From NCBI GenBank assembly GCA_965200245.1, contig CBDATS010000002.1, forward strand, positions 128,001-192,000: DNA of 64,000 nucleotides. The letters are read 5' to 3'. Below, one piece after another: positions 33,909 through 43,158 of this stretch. The stretch comes from a bacterium. Lineage in GTDB: Bacteria > UBA8248. A program made the translations under genes and the position numbers. Within the stretch, counting starts at the first letter, position 1, and each line of letters opens with the position of its first letter. Under the pieces are notes generated by a model that was not told where the DNA came from, ran no database searches, and saw only the letters and a program-made list of their open reading frames with translations.

Positions 33909-35093
33909 CTACAGCTTGCGCACATGGGTGATGCGCCCTTTTCTCCGGTATATCCTCGGCACGCGCACGCCCACTCCGCACATGATTTCATAGGGTATCG
34001 TTTCGGCCCTGACGGCCAACTCCTCGCAATTGACTGTGCCGCCTCCCTGCCTGCCCAAGAGGACGACCTCATCCCCGGGTGCGATGTTTTCGATTTTCGT
34101 CACGTCGAGCGCCAACATGTCCATGGATACGCGTCCTGCCGCCGGAACACGCATACCGCCGACCAGCGCATCCGTGCGATTTGAAAGAATGCGCGGATAG
34201 CCGTCTCCATACCCTGCTGCCACGATCGCAACTCGTCCGGGCGAACTCCTCTTGTAGGTTCCGCCGTAGCCTACAGTCTGGCCTGTGTTGATTTCTTTCA
34301 CCTGCAACACCCTTGCGGCCCACGTCATGGCGCATGTCAGGGCCAAACTCTTTGAAAACTGCGGCGAGGAGCCGTACATTGCGATGCCCAGACGCACCAG
34401 ATTGCCAGGTGCGTGGGGATAATTCAATAAACCCGCGCTGTTCGCCATGTGGATGCGGGGGGGAAGCAGGTTCTTCTCACTGAGTGAACAGATGAGCGCC
34501 TCCATCTCGCGAATCTGCGCCCCGGTAGCCATTTTTCCTTCCTCTTCGTCCGCGCTGGCGAAATGGCTCATCAGCCCTGCGACTTCAACTCCCTCCAGCC
34601 TGGAAGTCCTCTCGATGAAATCGGAGGCTTCCACCGGGCGCAATCCCAGACGCCCCATTCCCGAATCCACTTTGATGTGAACTCTCGCCTTCACACCCGC
34701 GTTCCTCGCCGCACTTGCCAAGGCTTCCACCTGCTCCATGTGCCAGACGGCGGCGTCACAGTGTGCCTCTACAAGCCTTTCCGCGTTATACGCCAAGGTA
34801 TCGCTCAGCACCAATATCCTCGCATCGGCGAAACCGTCGCCTCCCACACAACCACGCTCTTTGCGGAGCGCCTCCGCCTCCTCGACCGCCGCCACACCGA
34901 ACCACCTGGCACCCGCCTCATATACCGAGCGGGCCACCTCGACTCCCCCATGCCCGTAGCCTTCGGCCTTCACGACGGCGAGCGGCTCCTGTGAATGAAG
35001 CAGATTCGTCAGGCTAATATAATTCCGAATCAGGATATCCAGATCGATGAGAACCGCGTTCCGATATCCAGACGGCAGGAAATGTTCGCTCAA
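33909..35093 (-). CDS. alr: Alanine racemase
   Basis: AVVKAEGYGHG (PLP lysine), KVDSGMGRLG, SHFASAD, HMANSA, VGYG, GYGDG and GRVSMD motifs. Confidence 0.96.
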   Translation of the reverse strand: MSEHFLPSGYRNAVLIDLDILIRNYISLTNLLHSQEPLAVVKAEGYGHGGVEVARSVYEAGARWFGVAAVEEAEALRKERGCVGGDGFADARILVLSDTLAYNAERLVEAHCDAAVWHMEQVEALASAARNAGVKARVHIKVDSGMGRLGLRPVEASDFIERTSRLEGVEVAGLMSHFASADEEEGKMATGAQIREMEALICSLSEKNLLPPRIHMANSAGLLNYPHAPGNLVRLGIAMYGSSPQFSKSLALTCAMTWAARVLQVKEINTGQTVGYGGTYKRSSPGRVAIVAAGYGDGYPRILSNRTDALVGGMRVPAAGRVSMDMLALDVTKIENIAPGDEVVLLGRQGGGTVNCEELAVRAETIPYEIMCGVGVRVPRIYRRKGRITHVRKL

Positions 35094-35135
35094 AAAGAAG
35101 GCCCCACTATTGGAGACGTCTTCGACGCTCCGCCG

Positions 35136-36572
35136 CTAGAACGTTTCATTTCCCTCGGGTAGGCCCGGCTCCATATCTTGCAAACCTACGGCCGCACCCT
35201 CGTGGTACGTGTCCACGTTGACGAAGCGGGCGTAGTCGGGAAAAAACTTGAGTTCAAACTCGCCTGTCGGTCCATTACGCTGTTTGGCAAGAATGACGGT
35301 GGCAAGCCCCTTGTTGTCAGTATTGGGATCGTAATACTCCTCACGATACAATAAGGCCACGACATCCGCGTCCTGTTCTATCGAGCCTGACTCGCGCAAA
35401 TCGGCCAAGTTGGGACGCTTGCCCTCCCTCGACTCCACCGCTCGCGACAACTGGCTCAAGGCCACGACGGGCACCTTGAGTTCTTTCGCCAGGCCTTTCA
35501 GCCCCCGGGATATCTCGCTAATCTCGCGGTGGCGCTCCATGTCACGTCCCCTGTGGTGCAGGAGCTGGAGATAATCGACCACCACAAGGCCGAGTCCCTG
35601 ATCCGCCTGGATGCGGCGGCATTTCGCGCGGATGTCGAATACGGACAAATCCGTGGCGTCGTCCACGTAGATGGAAGCCTCCGAGAGTTCGCCCGCGCTG
35701 CGAATCAAGGCCGGCCACTTCTGGGAGGGCATGTAGCCGCTCTGAAGCTGCCTGGAATTCACCATGGCGCGGCCGCACATCATGCGAATGGCCAAAGAGC
35801 GCGCGCTCATTTCAAGGCTGAATATCGCCGTGTGGGTGGGGGGGTTCGCCGCCAGGGCGGCGTGCTCGGCGATACAAAGCGCGAACGCCGTCTTCCCCAT
35901 GCTGGGACGGCCTGCGACGATAATCAGTTCCCCGGGCTGCAAGCCACTCGTCAACTTGTCCATGTCGGTAAATCCTGTTGGCACGCCGGTAACGAGTTCC
36001 TTGCGGTCGTAGAGTTCTTCAATGTAGGGGAACGTTTCCTTGATAATGTCCCGCATCCCCTCCACACTTTGCTGGTAACGGCCGGACGAGACTTCCAGCA
36101 TCGCGCGTTCGGCATCGTCCACGAGGGCGTCCACGTCCTCCTCGTCCGAGAACGCCCTCTGCGCGATGGCGTTCGAGGTGTGTATGAGTTCTCTGAGCAG
36201 CGCCGTTTTTCTTATGAGTATCGCATGGGCTTGAGCGCGCCTGGCACTGGAGACGTCATCCGCGAGGCGCGCGACGTATTCGGGACCGCCCGCGGTATCG
36301 AGCGTACCTGCCTTCTTCAGGGCATCGGCCAGAGTGAGCAGATCGATGGACTCTGCTTTCTCGAAGAGGCCGATCATGCTCTCGTAAATCACGCGGTGAC
36401 TCATGCGGTAGAAATGTTCCGGCCGCAATACCTCCATGACAGGTGCCACCATTTTGCCGTCCAGCAACAAGGCGCCCAGAACGCGCTGTTCGGCTTCTAT
36501 GTTTTGCGGGGGAAGATGGCCCGGCTGCTCGGACCGCTCATTACGATTGGAGGTGCTCACATCAAGACCCAA
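35136..36572 (-). CDS. dnaB: Replicative DNA helicase DnaB (no intein)
   Basis: PPQNIEAEQ, Walker A GRPSMGKT, VDYLQL, LSQLSR, LRESGSIEQDAD and KQRNGPTG; exact start uncertain. Confidence 0.97.
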   Translation of the reverse strand: MGLDVSTSNRNERSEQPGHLPPQNIEAEQRVLGALLLDGKMVAPVMEVLRPEHFYRMSHRVIYESMIGLFEKAESIDLLTLADALKKAGTLDTAGGPEYVARLADDVSSARRAQAHAILIRKTALLRELIHTSNAIAQRAFSDEEDVDALVDDAERAMLEVSSGRYQQSVEGMRDIIKETFPYIEELYDRKELVTGVPTGFTDMDKLTSGLQPGELIIVAGRPSMGKTAFALCIAEHAALAANPPTHTAIFSLEMSARSLAIRMMCGRAMVNSRQLQSGYMPSQKWPALIRSAGELSEASIYVDDATDLSVFDIRAKCRRIQADQGLGLVVVDYLQLLHHRGRDMERHREISEISRGLKGLAKELKVPVVALSQLSRAVESREGKRPNLADLRESGSIEQDADVVALLYREEYYDPNTDNKGLATVILAKQRNGPTGEFELKFFPDYARFVNVDTYHEGAAVGLQDMEPGLPEGNETF

Positions 36573-36606
36573 CGACGATTCAATGCAAAGAACGGGCGAG
36601 AAATTC

Positions 36607-36634
36607 AGATTACATCAGATGGAATAAATATCAA
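36607..36634 (-). promoter_or_regulatory. Putative sigma70 promoter for dnaB
   Basis: Minus strand reads TTGATA-16 nt-TAATCT, between the rplI terminator and dnaB. Confidence 0.35.
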
Positions 36635-36667
36635 ACCACGAAAAACCGAAAATTTCGGAACCAGACG

Positions 36668-36700
36668 AAAAAAGGGGCACCCATATTCGGCTGCCTCTTT
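36668..36700 (-). terminator. Probable intrinsic terminator after rplI
   Basis: Minus strand AAAGAGGCAGCC-GAATAT-GGGTGCCCC-TTTTTT: an imperfect stem followed by a U6 tract. Confidence 0.55.
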
Positions 36701-36762
36701 CATCCAGTTGATATTACTTGATTTGCAGATAAACGACGATAATGGACGCAGTGCGTGAAAGG

Positions 36763-37365
36763 CTATTCGGCCTTCTCTTCCTCGCCTTGGTCCTCTTGGC
36801 TCTCCTCAGACTCGCTCTCGGAAGCGACTGCCACAGCCTCAGACTCGGGTTCTGATTCGTCCTGCACCTCATCCCCAGCGACTACAGCTTCTTCCTCCTC
36901 GGCTTGAGCCTCCAGGGACGCCTCATCGGGCACCACCCTCACCTGCAAGGACGCTCTTACCTCCTCGTGCAGTCGAATGTCGACGTCATACGTGCCGACT
37001 CTCTTGATTGGTTCGTCCAGAAGGATTCTCCGGCGGTTCACCTCCAGACCTTTCTCCTTGAGAGCGTCTTCAAGCATCCGGTTGGTAACCGAACCGAACA
37101 GCCTGCCGTCAGTACCCACGCGCATCGAGAATTCGAGTTCCACGCCCGAGAATTCGCCCGCGAAATCCTGCGCACTCCTTTTTGCCGCCTGGATCTGCGC
37201 TTCGCGTAACCTTTGTTCGTGTTGCGTCGCGCGCACCGTGCTCGCCGTAGCGTGGAGTGCCATACCCTTGGGGATGAGATAGTTCAGCCCGTAACCGTCT
37301 GCTACTTCGACGATGTCTCCCACCTCGCCGAGATGCTCGACATCCTTACGCAAAATCAAGCGCAT
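36763..37365 (-). CDS. rplI: 50S ribosomal protein L9 with acidic C-terminal tail
   Basis: LGEVGDIVEVADGYGLNYLIP and GRLFGSVT motifs. Confidence 0.96.
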   Translation of the reverse strand: MRLILRKDVEHLGEVGDIVEVADGYGLNYLIPKGMALHATASTVRATQHEQRLREAQIQAAKRSAQDFAGEFSGVELEFSMRVGTDGRLFGSVTNRMLEDALKEKGLEVNRRRILLDEPIKRVGTYDVDIRLHEEVRASLQVRVVPDEASLEAQAEEEEAVVAGDEVQDESEPESEAVAVASESESEESQEDQGEEEKAE

Positions 37366-37382
37366 CGTTCAATATCTCCGAC

Positions 37383-37652
37383 TTATGAATGGTCTACAGT
37401 GTAGGGCATCAACGCCATGTAGCGTGCGCGCTTGATTGCCGTCGTCAACTGCCGCTGGAAACGCGCGGACGTACCCGTCACGCGGCGGGGAATGATTTTC
37501 CCCCGCTCGCTCACCATGTTTCGAAGCGTTTTCACGTCCTTGTAGTCGATATATGCCACGCCATCTGCCATGAAGCGGCACACCTTCTTTCGCTGGAAAC
37601 GCTTTTTTCTTCTTTTCTTCTTATCGCCGAACCCACGGGGAACAAGCGCCAT
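37383..37652 (-). CDS. rpsR: 30S ribosomal protein S18
   Basis: [19 protein letters not shown] and [13 protein letters not shown] motifs. Confidence 0.97.
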   Translation of the reverse strand: MALVPRGFGDKKKRRKKRFQRKKVCRFMADGVAYIDYKDVKTLRNMVSERGKIIPRRVTGTSARFQRQLTTAIKRARYMALMPYTVDHS

Positions 37653-37686
37653 GTTTACCTCCTAAACGGACCAAAGGGTCTCAAAA

Positions 37687-38106
37687 TCAAAACGGGATAT
37701 CGTCATCCATCATGGGCGAATCCTGTGGCGGTGCGTAGGATTCCGTGTTCCTCGGTGCGCCGCCACCTGACATTTCGGCTCGGGTAGAGAGGAAATGGAT
37801 GTTGTTCGCCACCACTTCATGCTTGCTGCGCCTGGAGCCGTCCTGCGCTTCCCAAGAGCGAAAATTCAGACGGCCTTCGACGACGAGCGGACTGCCCTTG
37901 CTCGTCTGCTCCATCACCCAGTCGCCCTGCCTGCCATAGACCACCACATCCACGAAACACGTATCCTCTTTCCATTCATCTCCGCTGCGATACCGCCGAT
38001 TGACTGCGAGACCGAAAGAAACCACCGAGTTCCCGGAAGGCAGAAACCGCTTTTCGGGATCGCGCGTCATGTTGCCCCGCAGATAAACGGAGTTCATCTG
38101 TGCCAT
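37687..38106 (-). CDS. ssb: Single-stranded DNA-binding protein
   Basis: NSVYLRGNMTRDPE, VEGRL and C-terminal DDDIPF; ATG at 38106. Confidence 0.96.
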   Translation of the reverse strand: MAQMNSVYLRGNMTRDPEKRFLPSGNSVVSFGLAVNRRYRSGDEWKEDTCFVDVVVYGRQGDWVMEQTSKGSPLVVEGRLNFRSWEAQDGSRRSKHEVVANNIHFLSTRAEMSGGGAPRNTESYAPPQDSPMMDDDIPF

Positions 38107-38122
38107 AACGATTTCCCCGCGC

Positions 38123-38536
38123 TTATGAGTTGCCCGAAGATGCGGAGCCGGAACGCCCTTTGGAAGAATCGCCTTCGCCGCCCTCTGAAACACTCTCTTT
38201 TTCCCTGGCGGCCGCGCTTTTTGCGTTTTTCTCGATCTTTCTCATCAGTGCTTCGTCCATTCGCACGGTCATATAGCGCCACGTCTCCTCATCGATCCGC
38301 ATATCGCGTTCGATTTCAGCCACCACAGGCGGCTCCGAATGATACGTGACGATGAAATAGATGCCGTGACGCTGGCGGTTGATGGGATAGGCAAGGCGCT
38401 TCTTGCCCCACCTGTCCACATTCAGGATTTCTCCGCCCTTATCGGTCACCTTCTTTTCAAAACCGGAGATTTTCTCATCCACGGTTTCATCGGTGAGATC
38501 GGGGGACAGTAAAACCATTGTTTCATATTGTCTCAT
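38123..38536 (-). CDS. rpsF: 30S ribosomal protein S6
   Basis: MRQYETM and WGKKRLAYPI motifs; rpsF-ssb-rpsR-rplI order. Confidence 0.96.
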   Translation of the reverse strand: MRQYETMVLLSPDLTDETVDEKISGFEKKVTDKGGEILNVDRWGKKRLAYPINRQRHGIYFIVTYHSEPPVVAEIERDMRIDEETWRYMTVRMDEALMRKIEKNAKSAAAREKESVSEGGEGDSSKGRSGSASSGNS

Positions 38537-38540
38537 TCAA

Positions 38541-38594
38541 TCCTCCTCCCGGACTGAGCGGCCCCGGTCATCGCGCCGACCGAAGCGAGGAGCC
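38541..38594 (-). ncRNA. S6:S18 ribosomal-protein leader (cis-regulatory RNA)
   Basis: Minus strand GGCTCCTCGCTTCGGTC-GGCGCGAT-GACCGGGGCCGCTCAGTCCGGGAGGAGGA. CTCCT can pair with the GGAGG Shine-Dalgarno, and an inner hairpin is followed by CCG, as in the known rpsF leader. Confidence 0.75.
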
Positions 38595-38694
38595 TGTAAT
38601 CTGGCCAGAGGATATCACACAAGCCCCCCGGCGGGCCATAGCGACTTGCAATAGAAGCCGCAAACATTTCACCTTTGCACAAACTTCGCTTTCG

Positions 38695-40692
38695 CTAGAA
38701 AAGCGGTGCCAACACGAGAGAGACGATGGACATCAACTTGATCAGGATGTTCATCGAAGGACCCGAGGTGTCCTTCATCGGGTCTCCCACTGTATCTCCG
38801 ACGACCGCGGCCTTGTGGGCCTCCGAGCCCTTGCCGCCGAGTTTGCCGTCTTCAATCTCTTTTTTTGCATTATCCCATGCGCCACCCGCATTCGCCATGA
38901 GCAAGGCGACGAGAACACCCGAGAGCAAAGCGCCGGCCAACATGCCGCCCAGAGCCTCCTTGCCCATCAGATATCCCACCAAGATGGGCGCGACGACGGC
39001 CACGACACCGGGGAGCACCATCTCCTTGAGAGCGGCCTGGGTGCTGATGTCGATGCAGCGCGCGCTGTCGGGATCCGCCGTCCCTTCCATGATGCCGGGA
39101 ATCTCGCGGAACTGACGTCTGATCTCCTGAATCATGATGAACGCGGCCTTGCCGACGGATTTCATGGTGAGTGCACCGATGAGGAACGGAATCGCCCCGC
39201 CGATGAACATGCCAGCGACCACCTTCGCCTCGGTGAGGTTGATCTGCTGCAGGTCGGCCGCTTTCGTGTACGCAGCGTAGAAGGCCAGCGCCGTCAGCGC
39301 GGCGGAGCCGATGGCGAATCCCTTGCCGATGGCTGCCGTGGTGTTGCCCAGTGCATCGAGACCGTCTGTGATCTTGCGTGTCTCCGGCCCCAACTCGCTC
39401 ATTTCCGTGATTCCACCCGCGTTGTCTGCAATCGGTCCATACGCATCGACCGACATCGTGATGCCGATGGTCGCGAGCATACCCACGGCTGCAATGGAGA
39501 TGCCATAAAGCCCCGCCCAGCCGTTCGAGACCAGGGTAACAATGGCCAATACGATCAGGGGAGCACATACGCTCTCGAGACCCACGGCGAAACCGCCGAT
39601 GATGTTCGTCGCCACCCCGGTTTCGGACGCGGCGACGATTTCGCCGACGGGTTTCCCGCCCGTTCCGGTGTAGTACTCGGTGAGCCAGCCGATAAGAATA
39701 CCACCTGCCGCACCGAAGAGAATCGAGCCGAACACACCCATGTTCAATCCCAATGTGTTCGTGACGAAAAACGCCAGGATGATGAATATAATCGTCGCGA
39801 TTCCGGTAGCGCTCCTGAGCGCGACGGCGGGGTTTTTCGAGGCCAGCACCTTCATCGAGGCGATGCCGACCGAAGAAGCGATGAGACCCATCATGGCGAG
39901 CAATACTGGAAGCGCCATCGCCGCCGAACTGTTGGCGCCCAAGATCGTACCGACAGTCGAGCCGATGAATATCGTAGAAATAATGGCTCCGACGTAGGAT
40001 TCGAACAGGTCGGCCCCCATGCCGGCAACATCGCCCACGCAGTCGCCTACGTTGTCGGCGATGACGGCAGGATTCCTCGGGTCGTCCTCGGGGATGTTCG
40101 CCTCCACCTTGCCGACGAGGTCTGCGCCCACATCTGCCGTTTTCGTGAAAATACCGCCGCCCACACGCGCGAACAACGCGATGGAACTCGCACCCATCGA
40201 AAAGCCGTTGATGATGGTCACGTTCGTAGCATTTTTGAGCACATCGAAATACCAGAACAGCGCACCCACGCCCAGAAGACCCAGGCTCGCGACGGAAAGA
40301 CCCATGACAGTTCCGCCGAAGAACGCCATGGAGAGCGCCCCCTCCTGTCCAGCACCGGAGTTCGCCGCTGCCGCCGTTCGCACGTTCGCCTTCGTGGCAG
40401 AGTTCATCCCGAAGAATCCGGCAAGAACCGAGCAAATGGCCCCGACGATGAAGGCGACGCCCGTTTTCGCGGATATGGCGACACTCAGAAGTACGAATAC
40501 GACCACAACAAATATGGCGAGAATCTTGTATTCCCTCTTCAGGAACACCATTGCGCCTTCGTGAATCTGGCTGGCGAGTTTACGCATCAACTCGTTGCCG
40601 TCGGATTGTTTTGAAATCCAGGCGAAAATCGCCCCCGCCAGGATCAACCCCGCAATCCCGAAGATTGCGGCCATGTTTGAAAAAGCAACCAT
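38695..40692 (-). CDS. hppA: Membrane-bound K+-dependent, probably Na+-translocating pyrophosphatase
   Basis: [56 protein letters not shown] and [15 protein letters not shown] motifs. Confidence 0.95.
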   Translation of the reverse strand: MVAFSNMAAIFGIAGLILAGAIFAWISKQSDGNELMRKLASQIHEGAMVFLKREYKILAIFVVVVFVLLSVAISAKTGVAFIVGAICSVLAGFFGMNSATKANVRTAAAANSGAGQEGALSMAFFGGTVMGLSVASLGLLGVGALFWYFDVLKNATNVTIINGFSMGASSIALFARVGGGIFTKTADVGADLVGKVEANIPEDDPRNPAVIADNVGDCVGDVAGMGADLFESYVGAIISTIFIGSTVGTILGANSSAAMALPVLLAMMGLIASSVGIASMKVLASKNPAVALRSATGIATIIFIILAFFVTNTLGLNMGVFGSILFGAAGGILIGWLTEYYTGTGGKPVGEIVAASETGVATNIIGGFAVGLESVCAPLIVLAIVTLVSNGWAGLYGISIAAVGMLATIGITMSVDAYGPIADNAGGITEMSELGPETRKITDGLDALGNTTAAIGKGFAIGSAALTALAFYAAYTKAADLQQINLTEAKVVAGMFIGGAIPFLIGALTMKSVGKAAFIMIQEIRRQFREIPGIMEGTADPDSARCIDISTQAALKEMVLPGVVAVVAPILVGYLMGKEALGGMLAGALLSGVLVALLMANAGGAWDNAKKEIEDGKLGGKGSEAHKAAVVGDTVGDPMKDTSGPSMNILIKLMSIVSLVLAPLF

Positions 40693-40774
40693 TATCTCCC
40701 TTTCCTCCTCCTCACGGGCTGTTTAGCAAGAGGTATTCAGATGGACTTTCAATTTCGAAATGATTGAGACGGGT

Positions 40775-41317
40775 TCAGGATCTCACGCCGATGACAAAAT
40801 AAACCGCCCTTTGCACCGCCTCCTCCACAACAGGTTCCACCGCATTGAGTTCATGATCGAGAAAAGAATCCAGCAGCCAGTCCGCTCCGTTCACTCCGCG
40901 CGGCGGTCTGCCCACCCCGATGCGCAATCGGCAAAACGCGTCCGTTCCCAGTGAGTGGATAACGCTGCCGACCCCGTGATGGCCCGCGTCTCCACCCGAT
41001 TTTTTGAACTTCAAACGACCGAGCTCGATATCCATGTCGTCGTGCATCACGAGCAGGTCTTCCGGCCCCAGCCCTTCTCCGAGCATGAGGGATTTCACGG
41101 CCTTGCCGCTTAGATTCATGAACGTTTGAGGCTTCGCGAGTATGAACTTCCAGCCCCTGAGCGATCCGCTCCCCAGGATGGAATGGTGTTTCGAATCATT
41201 CATCGAAACGCGATGGGCGCTGGCCATCCTGTCCACCGCCCAAAAGCCCAGATTGTGCCTCGTCAACGCATATTCTGTGCCGGGGTTACCCAGACCGACT
41301 ATCAAGGCAGCAGCCAT
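40775..41317 (-). CDS. pth: Peptidyl-tRNA hydrolase
   Basis: IVGLGNPG, TRHNLGF, KPQTFMNLSG, HDDMD and RLRIGVGRP motifs. Confidence 0.96.
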   Translation of the reverse strand: MAAALIVGLGNPGTEYALTRHNLGFWAVDRMASAHRVSMNDSKHHSILGSGSLRGWKFILAKPQTFMNLSGKAVKSLMLGEGLGPEDLLVMHDDMDIELGRLKFKKSGGDAGHHGVGSVIHSLGTDAFCRLRIGVGRPPRGVNGADWLLDSFLDHELNAVEPVVEEAVQRAVYFVIGVRS

Positions 41318-41361
41318 CCGATCCTCCCAGCCTCATATTCTCACACTCACCGCAAGAACCG

Positions 41362-42036
41362 CTAAGGAGAAGATTCAGCCGCCTGCTCCCCCTCATTGGC
41401 AAGAGCCTCGCCCTCGGGCGTGTCACCTTCCCCGGATTCGGCACCGACCAGTTCATCCTCGACCTCTCCTTCCTCTTGCACGGGTACCATGATCGTCAGG
41501 ACGGGGTCGTCGGGATCAGCCACCAGTTCGACGCCTTCGGGAAGCTGCAAATCGTGCACGTGGAGAACATCCCCGATGTTCATTTCGGAAATATCGACCT
41601 CAATGTACTGTGGCATGGCGTTCGGGAGACACTCAATTTCCAGTTCGCGGAGCATTTGGGAAATCGTTCCGCCCATTTTCTCTCCGGGTGACTCGCCCGA
41701 CAAAGTGAGAGGCGCGGCGATCTGGATTTTTTCGTCCATCCGGATTTCCAGAAAATCCGCATGGATGATGTCCCCTCTCATCGGGTCGCGCTGAAGTTCC
41801 TTTACGATCACCGGACGATCAGGTGCCGCTTCCCCCTCGAAGTTCAACTGAAAGACGACGTTGATGCCCGCCCCCGTGCCGAGCAAGGTTTCCAACTCCT
41901 TCGGCGGAATGCTCAACGGCGTGGAGACCCCTATACCGTAGACTACGCCCGGTATCTTTCCGGCCCTTCTCACAGCACGGGCGCCGCTCTTTCCCGTTTG
42001 CGCTCTTTTATCCACAACAAGAGACAGATTTTCCAT
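41362..42036 (-). CDS. rplY: 50S ribosomal protein L25/Ctc
   Basis: RRAGKIPGVVYG, LQRDP...HADF and the Ctc-type C-terminal domain. Confidence 0.95.
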   Translation of the reverse strand: MENLSLVVDKRAQTGKSGARAVRRAGKIPGVVYGIGVSTPLSIPPKELETLLGTGAGINVVFQLNFEGEAAPDRPVIVKELQRDPMRGDIIHADFLEIRMDEKIQIAAPLTLSGESPGEKMGGTISQMLRELEIECLPNAMPQYIEVDISEMNIGDVLHVHDLQLPEGVELVADPDDPVLTIMVPVQEEGEVEDELVGAESGEGDTPEGEALANEGEQAAESSP

Positions 42037-42069
42037 TTTTCACTCCAGAAATACCCTTGATAGGTAAAG

Positions 42070-43014
42070 TTATTCGAACAAACTGCTCACGGAGGCATTC
42101 TCGTGTATCCGGCGAATCGCCTCGGCCAAAAGCCTCCCCACCTCCAAAACCTTGATGCGGGAGCAGGTTTTCGCTTTATCCGAAAGCGGTATCGAATCGC
42201 TCACCACCAACTCGACTATGCTCGAATTCTCGATTCTCTCGACCGCCGGACCCGACAAGACCGCGTGTGTGCAGCATGCATACACCTGACGCGCGCCCGC
42301 CGCCATGAGCGCGTCGGCACCCTGACTCATAGTGCCCGCCGTGTCACAAAGGTCATCAATGACCAGGACATCGCACCCTTTCACGTCGCCGATGATGTTC
42401 ATGACTTCGGAGTGGTTCGCCCGTTCGCGACGCTTGTCGATGATGCCCAGGCTCGCGTTGAGTCTCCCCGCGTAGTCGCGGGCCCTCTCCACACCCCCGG
42501 CGTCGGGCGAGACAACCACGAGGTCTTTCAATTCCTTCTGCTTGAAATACTCGATCATGATGGGCGCCGAATACAGATGGTCCACGGGAATGTCGAAAAA
42601 TCCCTGTATCTGGCCTGCATGCAAATCCATGGCGATAACTCTGTCCGCTCCCGAGGCAGCCAACAGGTTCGCTACCAGCTTTGCGGTAATCGGCACTCTG
42701 GGCTGCACCTTTCTGTCTTGGCGTGCATATGCAAAATAGGGAATCACCGCCGTAATGCGCTCGGCGGAGGAGCGCCGAAACGCATCAAGCATGATGAGCA
42801 TTTCCATCAGGTTTGCATTGCCGGGACTGCACAGGCTCTGAACGACGAACACGTCCGCTCCCCGGATGTTCTCATGAATACGAACGAACGTTTCACCATC
42901 GCTGAAATCAATGATTTCTACCGAGCCGGGCCGAATGTACAGGGACTCGAAAATGCTCCGGTTCAGCGCGGGATTCGAACGCCCGCCGAATACCTTCAAC
43001 TGATGTCCGTTCAC
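42070..43014 (-). CDS. prs: Ribose-phosphate pyrophosphokinase
   Basis: FSDGE, PYFAYARQDRK, DLHAGQIQGFF, VSPDAGGVERA and DDLCDTAGT; GTG start. Confidence 0.97.
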   Translation of the reverse strand: MNGHQLKVFGGRSNPALNRSIFESLYIRPGSVEIIDFSDGETFVRIHENIRGADVFVVQSLCSPGNANLMEMLIMLDAFRRSSAERITAVIPYFAYARQDRKVQPRVPITAKLVANLLAASGADRVIAMDLHAGQIQGFFDIPVDHLYSAPIMIEYFKQKELKDLVVVSPDAGGVERARDYAGRLNASLGIIDKRRERANHSEVMNIIGDVKGCDVLVIDDLCDTAGTMSQGADALMAAGARQVYACCTHAVLSGPAVERIENSSIVELVVSDSIPLSDKAKTCSRIKVLEVGRLLAEAIRRIHENASVSSLFE

Positions 43015-43061
43015 TGCTCCTGCTCACACAGTATTGTTAATTCAACCATAAAGGGCGATTT

Positions 43062-43090
43062 TTGATACTTGATTTTCAGGATGGAGGCAA
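43062..43090 (-). promoter_or_regulatory. Putative sigma70 promoter for prs
   Basis: Minus strand reads TTGCCT-17 nt-TATCAA in an AT-rich spacer. Confidence 0.3.
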
Positions 43091-43158
43091 GTGGTAAGAG
43101 GCGAAATTCTCTCCATTTCTCGTAATTTCAGAAATTTCATCTCTTTTTTCGATCATTT

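Noticed and set aside
38518-40614. 698-aa plus-strand ORF
   Set aside because: It is the antisense shadow of hppA with no recognisable motifs; long antisense frames are expected from GC-rich codon bias. The same applies to 35529-36758, 45497-46819, 46816-48222 and similar ORFs.
42008-42016. Perfect DnaA box TTATCCACA
   Set aside because: It is a single copy within the rplY coding sequence, with no box cluster and no dnaA/dnaN nearby; compatible with chance.
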